Source: Candidatus Poribacteria bacterium (GTDB taxonomy: Bacteria > Poribacteria > WGA-4E > PCPOR2b). Taken from it: a stretch of 64,000 nt of DNA. Under the pieces are notes generated by a model. That model was not told the origin of the DNA. It did not search any database and was given only the letters and a program-made list of their open reading frames with translations. Below are positions 28,941 through 38,995 of this stretch, piece by piece. Numbering within the stretch: position 1 is the first letter of the stretch; each line of letters opens with the position of its first letter. A program made the translations under genes and the position numbers. The stretch is from positions 1,184,001 through 1,248,000 of the forward strand of contig OZ242351.1 in the NCBI GenBank assembly GCA_965208675.1. Reading direction: 5' to 3'.

Positions 28941-30857
28941 ATGAAAAGATCGCTAGAATTTAAATTCGCACTCGCGCTTCTCTGTTTCCTTTTCATCCTG
29001 AATAGCTGCGGCAAAACCGACAGAATACATCCAATTGAAGAATTAAACCGTTGGCGCCTGCCCAAAAATGTCAAGTACCGTCTCGGGAAAGGTAGCGTAC
29101 AGGATATCGCGTATTCACCGGATGGCTCTCAACTTGCCGTGGCGAGCAGTATCGGGATTTGGCTCTATGACGCGAAAACAGGCGAGGAAACTGCTCTGCA
29201 TACACCGAGTAGGGGCGGTGCCCGCTCTGTCACCTTCTCTACACGTGGTCAATTCCTCGCTGTTGGAACTGACGTGGATATTTTCAGCATGAGCGGCGAA
29301 AGCAAGGTTCAGTTGTGGGATCCAAATACAGGTCAACTCAAGCTAACGCTTAAAGGACATGGATATCAGGTCAACGCTGTGACATTCTCTCCAGACGGAA
29401 GAACACTTGCCAGTGGCGGTCAGGACGAGACAATTCGGTTGTGGGATGTTCCAACTGGTCAACTCAAAATAACGTTCCATAAATCTGAAAGCGGCGTCAA
29501 CTCATTAGCATACTCACCTAATGGTGAGACCATTGCAAGCGGCGGTGATGACTATTCTGTTCGGTTGTGGGACACAAACACCGGAAAACTAAAGGCGGTG
29601 CTTGACGGACACACGAGTGCGATTACCTCCATCAAGTTTTCTCCAAATGGCAACACGGTTGCTAGTACATGCCGAGACGAGACAATTCGGTTGTGGGATG
29701 CTAATTCCGGGAAACTCATTCACAATCTAAAAGGGCATACCGCTGGAGTTGAATGCCTAGCCTATTCACCAGATGGAAGTACCCTCGCAACTGGGAGCAT
29801 GGACCATAGCATCCGACTCTGGGATCCGAAAACGGGAAAACCCACGCGGACACTGGAGAAAACCGGTTGGGTCAAGTCAATCGCGTACGCACCGGATGGG
29901 AGTGCGGTCGCGGGTGTCGTAAATGACAATGCTATCCGAGTGTGGGATGCTAATACAGGGGAATTGAGATTGTCCATTGATGGGCATTCACGTGAAGTAA
30001 ACTCGGTGGCATTCTCTCCAGATGGGACGGTTTTAGCGAGCGGCGAAAATACTATTCGGTTTTGGGATGTTGCCTCTGGACAGGCCATTCAGACTGACGT
30101 AAAACGCAGATCTGCCAAGTGTATTGCTTATTCCACCGATGGTCGTACCGTTGCCAGCGGCGGTTGGGACAAGAAGGTCAGGCTGTGGGACACCAACACC
30201 GGGCAAGAGAAACTGGTCCTTGAGGGACATTCGGAACTGGTCAATGCTGTCGCGTATTCACCGGATAGCGAAATTCTCGCCAGTGGGAGTCAGGACAAGA
30301 CTATTCGCTTGTGGGACGCTAGCACCGGGGAACTCAAGTTGATACTTGAAGGGCATTCGGAAGAGGTCATTGCAATCGAGTTGTCACCGAGTGGCAGCAC
30401 GCTTGCTAGTGCGAGTGTGGACAAGACGGTTCGGTTTTGGGATACTGCTACCGGTCAACATTTGCTAACCTTGGAGGGACATACGGGAGGCGTTGAATCC
30501 GTTGCGTTCGCGCCGGATGGAAAGACCCTTGCTAGCGGTAGTCGAGACCATTCAATTCGGTTATGGAACGCTGAAACGGGCGAACACCAACGGACCCTCT
30601 CTTTAGAAGACAGCTTTGCGTGGTTCGATTCAATAGCGTTTACGCCGGACGGTCGCGCCCTCGCGAGTGGAAGTTCGGACAGCTTAGTTCGATTGTGGGA
30701 TGTCCAGAGCGGACATCTATACCAGACGCTTGAAGGACATGTGTTTGGCGTCGACTCTATCGCGTTTTCGCCGAACGGCAAGACGCTCGCCAGCGGAAGT
30801 CAGGATGGAACAATCTTGCTTTGGACGGTAGAACCGCCACCGGCTTCGCTGCGCTAA
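28941..30857 (+). CDS. WD40-repeat lipoprotein
   Basis: Lipobox ILNSC; WRLPKNVKYRLGKG; about 14 WD40 repeats. Confidence 0.93.
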   Translation: MKRSLEFKFALALLCFLFILNSCGKTDRIHPIEELNRWRLPKNVKYRLGKGSVQDIAYSPDGSQLAVASSIGIWLYDAKTGEETALHTPSRGGARSVTFSTRGQFLAVGTDVDIFSMSGESKVQLWDPNTGQLKLTLKGHGYQVNAVTFSPDGRTLASGGQDETIRLWDVPTGQLKITFHKSESGVNSLAYSPNGETIASGGDDYSVRLWDTNTGKLKAVLDGHTSAITSIKFSPNGNTVASTCRDETIRLWDANSGKLIHNLKGHTAGVECLAYSPDGSTLATGSMDHSIRLWDPKTGKPTRTLEKTGWVKSIAYAPDGSAVAGVVNDNAIRVWDANTGELRLSIDGHSREVNSVAFSPDGTVLASGENTIRFWDVASGQAIQTDVKRRSAKCIAYSTDGRTVASGGWDKKVRLWDTNTGQEKLVLEGHSELVNAVAYSPDSEILASGSQDKTIRLWDASTGELKLILEGHSEEVIAIELSPSGSTLASASVDKTVRFWDTATGQHLLTLEGHTGGVESVAFAPDGKTLASGSRDHSIRLWNAETGEHQRTLSLEDSFAWFDSIAFTPDGRALASGSSDSLVRLWDVQSGHLYQTLEGHVFGVDSIAFSPNGKTLASGSQDGTILLWTVEPPPASLR

Positions 30858-30972
30858 ACTTTGAAATCATCACTAAATAAACCATCGCACCTTGTAGATT
30901 TTGGGCGCACCCGCCCTGAAATCCCAAGTATCAATAAAGGCGCCATTCCATCAGAATAGAGGAAAGTGTAAA

Positions 30973-33900
30973 ATGTATAGAAGGCTGTTTTTCAGCATTT
31001 GGCTCTGGTGTGTGGCTCCGCAGTTTCTACCCGCCGTAATTGCGCAAGACTACAATCAATGGCACTTACCCGAAGGCGCCATAATGCGTCTCGGAAAAGG
31101 TACCACCTACGATATTGCCTATTCACCGGATGGTAATCGAATTGCCGTAGCAAGCGGTATAGGCGTCTGGCTCTATGATGCCCATACTGGCGCGGAATTT
31201 TCCTTGCTCAAATCACACCCAGTGGGCGTTAGGTCTATAGCGTTCTCGCCGGACGGCAATATCCTCGCTGGAGGCAGCGCAGACAACATTTCCAGCGATA
31301 GTTTGGAAAGCGCGGTTTGGTTATGGGATGTTGATTCAAGGGAACTAAAACATACGCTTGTGGGACATTGGTGGAGTGTCAACTCTGTAGCATTCTCGCC
31401 GGATGGCAAAACCCTCGCCAGCGCCGCTTGGGAAGAGATTCGGCTGTGGGACACCGAATCTGGGAAACACAAGCGGACATTTGAAGGGCATAAACGCACA
31501 GTCTACTCTATAGCTTTCTCTCCAGATGGAAACACCCTCGCCAGCGCTGGAGCAGACAACAAGATTCGGCTGTGGGATATCGGATCGGGTGAACACAAGC
31601 GCACACTGAAAGGGCACACGGGTACGGTCAATTCCGTCGCCTTTTCGCCGGACGGTAAAACCCTTGCCAGTGGTAGTGAGGACCAAACCATTAGGATATG
31701 GGACGCAAAAACCGGGAAACGCAAAAAGACTCTGCGAAAGAACATTCGGAATTTCAACCAATTGTGGGAGGACGTAAAACTTTCCCTAAAGGGGCTTAAG
31801 ATTGGCGTAAAGTCCGTAGCATATTCGCCAGATGGGAGCACCCTCGCCAGCGCGGGAATGACAATTCGGCTGTGGAATGCCGCCACAGGAGAACTAAAGC
31901 AGAAATTTGAGAAGACAGGGTGGGTCGATGTCATTGTCTATTCGCCGGACGGCGCCACACTCACCAGTGGGAGTGATTACAGGCCAGTTCATCTTTGGGA
32001 CGCGGCGACGGGGAAACTCAAACAGACCCTTAAGAAACATGAGGGTGGAGTTAATTCCGTAGTGTTTTCGCCTGATGGCAACTCTCTGGCCAGTGAGGGG
32101 AGCACAACTCGGTTGTGGGATGTCACAACGGGACAACCTAAGCCGATTCGAAAAGGGCGCAAGGGCGGCTTCTCGGTAGCAATTTCTACGGATAGCCGAA
32201 CGCTCGCCGCCGGAAGTTATAACGGTTCTATTCCGTTATGGAAAGCTGACACTGGCGATTACATTGGGTCGCTTGACGGACATAAGAAATGGGTCTATTC
32301 TGTCGCCATTTCCCCGGATGGCAACACTCTCGCTAGTGGCAGCAAAGACAAGACGGTTCGACTGTGGAATGTGAATACGAGAGCGCACATACGGACACTA
32401 AAAGGGCATAAAGGCGACGTTCGCTCAGTCGCGTTCTCCCCAGACGGATTCACCGTCGCCAGTGGAAGTGAAGACGAAAAAATTCGATTGTGGGATGTTG
32501 TTACGGGGAACTGTAGGCGTATTATTGAAGGACACACTTATCAGATCAATGCCATCACGTTTTCACCTGATGGCGAATTCCTTGCGAGCGGGAGTCGTGG
32601 CGATACGATTTGCTTGTGGGATGTAAACACAGGACGACGCATGCAGGTATTTAAGGGGCATAATGGTTGGGTAAATGGCATTGCATTCTCGCCAGATGGA
32701 AATACTCTCGCCAGCAGCGGTAATGATAAGACTATTCGGCTGTGGGATTTGGAGACGGGTCACGACAAGCGTGCCCTAAAAGGACACACCGATGATGTCG
32801 ATTCAGTCGCGTTCTCTCCTGATGGGAGAATTATTGCAAGTGGTAGCCGCGACGGCACAATTCTTATCTGGGCGGTTGACTCGGCGACTGTCTCGCCCCC
32901 CGTGAAACTGCCTGAAAAAGTCTTCACACGCCAACCACCCGAAACGTACATAAGATGGAATCTGCCCCAAAATGCAAAATTCCGCCTCGGCAAGGGGATG
33001 ATGCACGACCTCACGTATTCACCAAACGGCTCACAACTCGTGGTGGCAAGCAGCATTGGGATTTGGCGCTACGATGCTCATACCGGTGTGGAAATCGACC
33101 TGCTCACTGGGCATAAAGGAAAGGTTAATTCCATCGCGTACTCTCCGGATGGCAAGAATTTAGTGAGCGTGAGCGATGACAAGACCATTCGGTTGTGGGA
33201 TGCGCTATCCGGAATACACCGTCGTACCCTTGAGGGACATAAGAGTCAGATCAATTCCGTAGCAATCTCATTTGATGGCGCAACGCTCGCTAGCGCCGCT
33301 TGGAATGAGATTGGGTTGTGGGACGCCGCTACAGGACAACTTAAGCAGACACTTCAAGGACATGAGAATCACGTCAAGACTCTCGCATTCGCTTTCACCA
33401 ATCATATCCTCGCGAGTGGGAGCTGGGACAAGACGATTTGCCTGTGGGATGCCGTGACGGGGGAACACAAGCATACACTAAAAGGGCATACGGATCACGT
33501 CAATTCCGTCGCGTTTTCACCGGACGGAAGCACCCTCGCCAGTGGTAGCGATGACAAGACAATATGCTTGTGGGATGTAACAACTGGCAAGCGCAAAACA
33601 ATCATTAAGAGAGGAATTCACAACGTAACTGATATATGGGATTTTGTGACGCGCAGGCGAACCCATAAATGGCATACTGAGGAGGTTCGTACAGTCGCTT
33701 TCTCACCTGACGGCGGCACACTTGCCAGTGGCAGTTCAGACTTCACGATACGTCTTTGGGAGGCCAACACGGGAGAATTCAAAAGAATGCATGAACGTGC
33801 CGGTTGGGCTGATACTATCGTTTACGCCCCCGACGGGGAAACTATAGCCATCGGGAGCGCATTCAACGATACAATTCGCATATTGGACCCTTCAACCGGC

Positions 33901-34794
33901 AATCACAAGGAAATTATTGAGAGGCATGAAGGAACCGTAAATTCCGTTGTGTTTTCCCCCGATGGCGACATCCTCGCTACAAGAGGAGCGACCATTCGGT
34001 TATGGGACGCGGACAGCGGAGCACTGAAACTGACATTTGTGAGAAACATTTGGTCCGATTCTCTTGCGTATGCGCCGGACGGGCGAACTGTCGCTAGTGC
34101 AAGTGCGCACAACAATACAATTAGCTTGTGGGACGCCGTGACCGGCGAACAAAGGGAAACTCTTGAAGGGCATACGGATTACATCAATGCCGTGGCATAT
34201 TCTCCGGACGGAAGTACTCTCGCCAGCGGCAGTCGGAACAAAATAATTCGTCTTTGGGATGCCACCTCAGCGACACACAAGGGAACCCTTGAGGGACACG
34301 CGGATGAAATCAATTCTGTCGCCTTTTCTCCGGATGGAAACACCCTCGCGAGTGGAAGTAAGGACAAGACAATTCGATTGTGGGATATCGGAACAGGGAA
34401 ACACAAGCTAGTTCTTAACGGACATTCACATGAGATTAGTTCCGTCGCGTTCTCACCAAATGGTCAAATCCTCGCTAGTGGGAGCTGGGACAAGACAATC
34501 CGATTGTGGGATGTCGTAACGGGAAAACACAAGGTAACCCTTGAAGGGCATGAAAGCATCGTCGAGTTCGTTACGTTCTCCCCAGATGGCAAATTGCTCG
34601 CCAGTGGAGGTTGGGACAAAACGGTTCGGTTGTGGAATGTCATTACCGCCAATCACACGCGGATATTTGAAGGACATACGGATTGGGTCAATTCGCTTGC
34701 ATTTTCCCCGGATGGCAAAACACTTGCCAGCGGGAGCAACGATGGAACGCTTCTTGTCTGGACGGTCAATCCATCGCCGATTTCTTCACAATAA
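30973..34794 (+). CDS. Secreted WD40 protein with two tandem modules
   Basis: Signal-peptide-like N-terminus; two modules starting WHLPEGAIMRLGKG and WNLPQNAKFRLGKG. Confidence 0.93.
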   Translation: MYRRLFFSIWLWCVAPQFLPAVIAQDYNQWHLPEGAIMRLGKGTTYDIAYSPDGNRIAVASGIGVWLYDAHTGAEFSLLKSHPVGVRSIAFSPDGNILAGGSADNISSDSLESAVWLWDVDSRELKHTLVGHWWSVNSVAFSPDGKTLASAAWEEIRLWDTESGKHKRTFEGHKRTVYSIAFSPDGNTLASAGADNKIRLWDIGSGEHKRTLKGHTGTVNSVAFSPDGKTLASGSEDQTIRIWDAKTGKRKKTLRKNIRNFNQLWEDVKLSLKGLKIGVKSVAYSPDGSTLASAGMTIRLWNAATGELKQKFEKTGWVDVIVYSPDGATLTSGSDYRPVHLWDAATGKLKQTLKKHEGGVNSVVFSPDGNSLASEGSTTRLWDVTTGQPKPIRKGRKGGFSVAISTDSRTLAAGSYNGSIPLWKADTGDYIGSLDGHKKWVYSVAISPDGNTLASGSKDKTVRLWNVNTRAHIRTLKGHKGDVRSVAFSPDGFTVASGSEDEKIRLWDVVTGNCRRIIEGHTYQINAITFSPDGEFLASGSRGDTICLWDVNTGRRMQVFKGHNGWVNGIAFSPDGNTLASSGNDKTIRLWDLETGHDKRALKGHTDDVDSVAFSPDGRIIASGSRDGTILIWAVDSATVSPPVKLPEKVFTRQPPETYIRWNLPQNAKFRLGKGMMHDLTYSPNGSQLVVASSIGIWRYDAHTGVEIDLLTGHKGKVNSIAYSPDGKNLVSVSDDKTIRLWDALSGIHRRTLEGHKSQINSVAISFDGATLASAAWNEIGLWDAATGQLKQTLQGHENHVKTLAFAFTNHILASGSWDKTICLWDAVTGEHKHTLKGHTDHVNSVAFSPDGSTLASGSDDKTICLWDVTTGKRKTIIKRGIHNVTDIWDFVTRRRTHKWHTEEVRTVAFSPDGGTLASGSSDFTIRLWEANTGEFKRMHERAGWADTIVYAPDGETIAIGSAFNDTIRILDPSTGNHKEIIERHEGTVNSVVFSPDGDILATRGATIRLWDADSGALKLTFVRNIWSDSLAYAPDGRTVASASAHNNTISLWDAVTGEQRETLEGHTDYINAVAYSPDGSTLASGSRNKIIRLWDATSATHKGTLEGHADEINSVAFSPDGNTLASGSKDKTIRLWDIGTGKHKLVLNGHSHEISSVAFSPNGQILASGSWDKTIRLWDVVTGKHKVTLEGHESIVEFVTFSPDGKLLASGGWDKTVRLWNVITANHTRIFEGHTDWVNSLAFSPDGKTLASGSNDGTLLVWTVNPSPISSQ

Positions 34795-34931
34795 CCTGTG
34801 AAGTCTCTGTCAGCAAGCTATTCAACTTTCCACGCATCACAAACATCAGCCGTCGTGACGATTCACTGATGGATAGGCGATTCGTCGACTCGCCGCCAGC
34901 GTTTATAACAAGGATAGAAAGCAAATTGCAC

Positions 34932-36722
34932 ATGAATCCAATCGAATTTGAAGTCATCCGAAATGCACTGGTCGAAGCCACGGAAGAGATGGCGATTGCG
35001 CTGCGTCGCAGTGCGTATTCCACCAACATCAAGACCAGAGCTGATTTCTCGTGCGCCTTTTTTGACCGCCAACTGCAACCCGTTGCCCAAGCATTTACGC
35101 AACCCGTTCACCTAGGATCGCTAACTGAATTCGTGCCGAGAGTTGTCCGGGAGTATGGACCAGAGAACCTCGAACCGGGCGATGCGATTCTCTCCAATCA
35201 CCCTTATCTGGGCGGCGTTCACCTGAACGATATCACGCTCATCTCTCCGGTGTATTGCCTAGCCCCCCGCACCGTAAATCCGGACAATTCTAAAGGTACA
35301 CTTTTTCAAGATAATGAGGAGCGTCAGGATTGGACGCCAGAACTCTTCGGTTACGTTGCGAATCTAGCGCATCATGTGGACGTGGGCGGCGGCGCGCCCG
35401 CGAGCATAGGCGCGTTCCGCGAGGTCTATCAAGAGGGAATTATCATCCCCCCGGTGAAGCTCGTACAGCGGGGAGAAATTGTTCAGGACATTTTCCGGCT
35501 AGTGCTAGGCCAGATTCGCTCCAAGCATGAGACCGCGGGAGATTTTCGCGCACAGATAGCGGCTAATAACACTGGTGTCCGCCGGCTGAACGCGCTTCTA
35601 GGGCGCACGGGCGCAGATAAAGTAGCCTTATGCGTCAATGAACTGCTTGAATACACCGAACGCCGAACTCGTGCCGAGTTGGCAAAACTCCCAAAGGGGA
35701 CGTTTGCCGCTGACGGTTATGTTGATAACGATGGTTTCACCGATAAACCCGTGCGCCTCGCCGCGAAGATGGTCATTGACGATGATGGCGTCCTTTTCGA
35801 TTTGACGGGTTCAGATCCGCAAAGGCGTGCCCCAGTAAATTCCACGTTTGCCCAGACCTATTCCGCCTGCGCGTATGTGCTCAAGAGTCTCCTCGATCCT
35901 GACATTCCGGTCAACGCTGGATTCTACCGTCTGGTCCGCATCGTGGCTCCGCCCGGAACGGTGGTCAACTGTACCTCGCCAGCGCCAGTGGTGGGCGGTT
36001 GGGAAACGCAAGTACGTCTCAGCGACATCCTGCTGAAGGCAATCGCACAGGTTCTACCCGACCGAATCCCTGCGGGAACAAAGGCAATGATGGCACAGGT
36101 AGGCTTTGGAGCTGCGCATCCTCGCACGGGCGAACTCTACGCTTTTTACGAAACGCTAGCTGGCGGCTATGGCGGTAGAACGTCGAGCGATGGACCTGAC
36201 GCGGTGCAGTGCCACGGTCAGAACACAGAAAATGCGCCTATTGAGGAAACTGAGATTAATTACCCGGTTCGTATAAACCGTTACGAACTCGTAGAAGACT
36301 CTGATGGGGCAGGCAAACATCGCGGCGGGTTGGGGTTGCGGCGAGACTATTTCTTTGATCATGAAGCCTCGTTCACAATCCTGTCTGATCGCGACAGATG
36401 GGGACCGCAGGGGCTTTTCGGTGGGCTGCCCGGAAAGGTGGCTAGCTATGTGCTGAACCCCGATACCGACGCCGTCACGCTCGGTTCCAAGGTAACAGTT
36501 CAACTCAAACCGGGAGACGTGGTGAGTTTTCGCACCTGCGGCGGCGGCGGTTACGGCCCGCCTGAAGACCGTGATCCGCAATTGGTTTTGAGCGATGTGC
36601 GTGACGGCAAAGTTAGTCCGGCGCGTGCGAGAAAAATCTATGGTGTATCCATCGACACAGACACATGGACAGCAGAGAAGGCGGATACCTCGATCCCGCA
36701 AACAAATAGTGCGGCGAAGTGA
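34932..36722 (+). CDS. Hydantoinase B / oxoprolinase family subunit
   Basis: EEMAIALRRSAYSTNIK..DFSCA, NHPYLGGVHLND, HHVDVGG, GAGKHRGGLG, GGGGYG. Confidence 0.93.
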   Translation: MNPIEFEVIRNALVEATEEMAIALRRSAYSTNIKTRADFSCAFFDRQLQPVAQAFTQPVHLGSLTEFVPRVVREYGPENLEPGDAILSNHPYLGGVHLNDITLISPVYCLAPRTVNPDNSKGTLFQDNEERQDWTPELFGYVANLAHHVDVGGGAPASIGAFREVYQEGIIIPPVKLVQRGEIVQDIFRLVLGQIRSKHETAGDFRAQIAANNTGVRRLNALLGRTGADKVALCVNELLEYTERRTRAELAKLPKGTFAADGYVDNDGFTDKPVRLAAKMVIDDDGVLFDLTGSDPQRRAPVNSTFAQTYSACAYVLKSLLDPDIPVNAGFYRLVRIVAPPGTVVNCTSPAPVVGGWETQVRLSDILLKAIAQVLPDRIPAGTKAMMAQVGFGAAHPRTGELYAFYETLAGGYGGRTSSDGPDAVQCHGQNTENAPIEETEINYPVRINRYELVEDSDGAGKHRGGLGLRRDYFFDHEASFTILSDRDRWGPQGLFGGLPGKVASYVLNPDTDAVTLGSKVTVQLKPGDVVSFRTCGGGGYGPPEDRDPQLVLSDVRDGKVSPARARKIYGVSIDTDTWTAEKADTSIPQTNSAAK

Positions 36723-36792
36723 GAATTAAAATAGAACATGATATGCTACTTTGTGATTGCTCAGCCAATCGTAGAATATGGAGGTACAGTGG

Positions 36793-38913
36793 GTGACTTG
36801 CAGATATCGTCTCGGCGTGGATATCGGCGGCACTTTCACGGATGCCATCCTGATTAACGAACGCATCGGCGAAATCCATGTCGGCAAGGTGCCATCGACG
36901 CCCAACGACCCTGCCCGAGGATTCATGGATGCGGCCCATCGCATGCTGCGCGATGCTGATATTTCGCCGGACCAGGTGCGGCTTGTCGTACACGGCACCA
37001 CCGTAGCAACGAATACCGTAATTGAGGGCAAGGTTGCCCGCACAGGCTTTATTGCCACTGACGGTTTTCGAGACCTATTAGAAATTCAGCGCCAGATTCG
37101 TCCGTCACTCTACGATTTGCAATTCGAAAAACCCCGTCCGCTAGTGCCTCGACGCCTCTGCTTCGGCGTGCCAGAGCGGCTCGACGCGCACGGAAACATA
37201 CTCACCCCACTTGATGAAAACGCGGTAGCACAGGTGGCAGAGCGGTTACGAAAAGACGGCGTCGAAGCTATTGCGGTCTGCTTCCTACACGCCTACGTCA
37301 ACCCAATTCATGAAACTCGGGCGGGGGAGATTCTGCGTGAAATCGTACCAAACGCAGCTGTGTCTTTATCGTCCGATGTCGCTCCAGAATTTCGGGAGTA
37401 TTTTAGAGCCAGCACCACCGTCATCAACGCTTGCATTCGCCCGATCGTGGCGCAGTATCTGCAGCGTATTGAAACACAACTGGTTAAGGAGGGGTTAAAC
37501 GCTGCATTGCTCGTCATGCAGAGCAGCGGCGGGGTTTTCACCTTCTCGGCAGCAAGCAAAAAGCCGGTCTTCATGGTGGAATCAGGCCCCGCGGCGGGTG
37601 TCATCGCGGCAACTCACCTGGGGACTGCGCTTGGATATGAAGATGTTATCTCCTTTGACATGGGGGGCACCACTGCAAAAGTTGGCCTGATCGAGAGTGG
37701 AACACCGCGAATAACCAAGGAATATGAGGTTGGTGCGACAGCCCGGTCGGGTTTGGGCGCCAACGCCGGCGGTGGATATCCTATACGCACGCCCGTTATC
37801 GACCTCGTCGAAATCGGCGCGGGCGGCGGCTCAATCGCTTGGGTGGACTCAGGCGGTGTTCTGCGTGTTGGTCCTCAAAGTGCGGGCGCTGATCCAGGTC
37901 CAGCCTGCTACGAAAACGGAGGTACAGCGCCCACCATAACGGATGCCAATTTGGTGTTGGGACGGCTGAACCCGAGCTACTTCTTGGGTGGCGAGATTAA
38001 TCTTAAAATTGATGCGGCATGGCGCGCAATTGAGGAAACCTGCGCCAAACCGTTGGGAATGGAAGTCGCCGATGCCGCTCACGGGATCGTGGAAATTGCT
38101 AATACGGCCATGGTGAACGCACTCCGCCTCGTTTCGGTACAGCGCGGTTATGACCCCAGGGAATTTGCCTTAATGGCGTTTGGCGGTGCCGGGCCGCTGC
38201 ACGCCAACCGCTTGGCGGATGAGATTGAAGCACGCGCTGTCATCGTTCCAATGAGCCCCGGTACTACATCCGCCATGGGGCTTTTGGTGACTGACCTCAA
38301 ACACGAGTATACCAAAACACTCATCCAGCGTGTCGCCCAACTCGACCTAAGGGAATTGGAGAAAACTTTCGAAGCACTCACCGAAAAAGGACGAAAGACC
38401 CTTGAGCGTGAGGGAATGGCGCAAGAAGACATCTCATTCGTCCGCAAAGTAGATATGCGCTACGTCGGACAGAGTTATGAACTGACTGTAACGTTGTCAG
38501 AGGGTCAAGGCGAACGCGCAGCACCTCCACTTAGCGAATCCGATATCCGTCTGGCTTTGGAGGCGTTCAACCTAGATCACGACCGAGCATACGGTTACAG
38601 CGCCCCGGACGAACCGGTCGAAATTGTCAATCTCCGGCTCACTGCCATAGGACAAATCACCAAGCCCCGGCAGCAAAAGTTGGAGGGAGGTGATACGGAC
38701 GCGGGAGAAGCTCAGAAAGCGACCCGGTCAGTCTACTTTGCAGAAAAGAACGGATATGTTGATTGCCCCATCTACAATCGCTACCGGTTGGGTGCCGGAT
38801 GCGTCTTAAGTGGCGCTGCGATAGTAGAAGAGGTCGATTCTACCACGGTCATCCACCCCGGTCACCAAGCCGAAGTAGACAAGTACGGCAACTTGATTTT
38901 GACCAAAATATGA
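36793..38913 (+). CDS. Hydantoinase A / oxoprolinase family subunit
   Basis: GVDIGGTFTD, HGTTVATN, ESGPAAG, DMGGTT, SAGADPGPACY, FGGAGPLH. Confidence 0.95.
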   Translation: MTCRYRLGVDIGGTFTDAILINERIGEIHVGKVPSTPNDPARGFMDAAHRMLRDADISPDQVRLVVHGTTVATNTVIEGKVARTGFIATDGFRDLLEIQRQIRPSLYDLQFEKPRPLVPRRLCFGVPERLDAHGNILTPLDENAVAQVAERLRKDGVEAIAVCFLHAYVNPIHETRAGEILREIVPNAAVSLSSDVAPEFREYFRASTTVINACIRPIVAQYLQRIETQLVKEGLNAALLVMQSSGGVFTFSAASKKPVFMVESGPAAGVIAATHLGTALGYEDVISFDMGGTTAKVGLIESGTPRITKEYEVGATARSGLGANAGGGYPIRTPVIDLVEIGAGGGSIAWVDSGGVLRVGPQSAGADPGPACYENGGTAPTITDANLVLGRLNPSYFLGGEINLKIDAAWRAIEETCAKPLGMEVADAAHGIVEIANTAMVNALRLVSVQRGYDPREFALMAFGGAGPLHANRLADEIEARAVIVPMSPGTTSAMGLLVTDLKHEYTKTLIQRVAQLDLRELEKTFEALTEKGRKTLEREGMAQEDISFVRKVDMRYVGQSYELTVTLSEGQGERAAPPLSESDIRLALEAFNLDHDRAYGYSAPDEPVEIVNLRLTAIGQITKPRQQKLEGGDTDAGEAQKATRSVYFAEKNGYVDCPIYNRYRLGAGCVLSGAAIVEEVDSTTVIHPGHQAEVDKYGNLILTKI

Positions 38914-38995
38914 TGCGGTGGGGGAACTGTTTAAGCGTGGCGAGCAAGTTGTAAAGAATCAAAGATTTGGCAGGTAATTCATCTAACCCAAACCT

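Noticed and set aside
26922-34794. Diversity-generating retroelement acting on the WD40 genes
   Set aside because: No reverse transcriptase is present and I saw no template/variable repeat pair differing only at adenines.
34683-34931. Long N-terminal extension of hydantoinase B overlapping the WD40 gene
   Set aside because: Family similarity starts near MNPIEFEVIRNAL; the extension is probably just an open frame.
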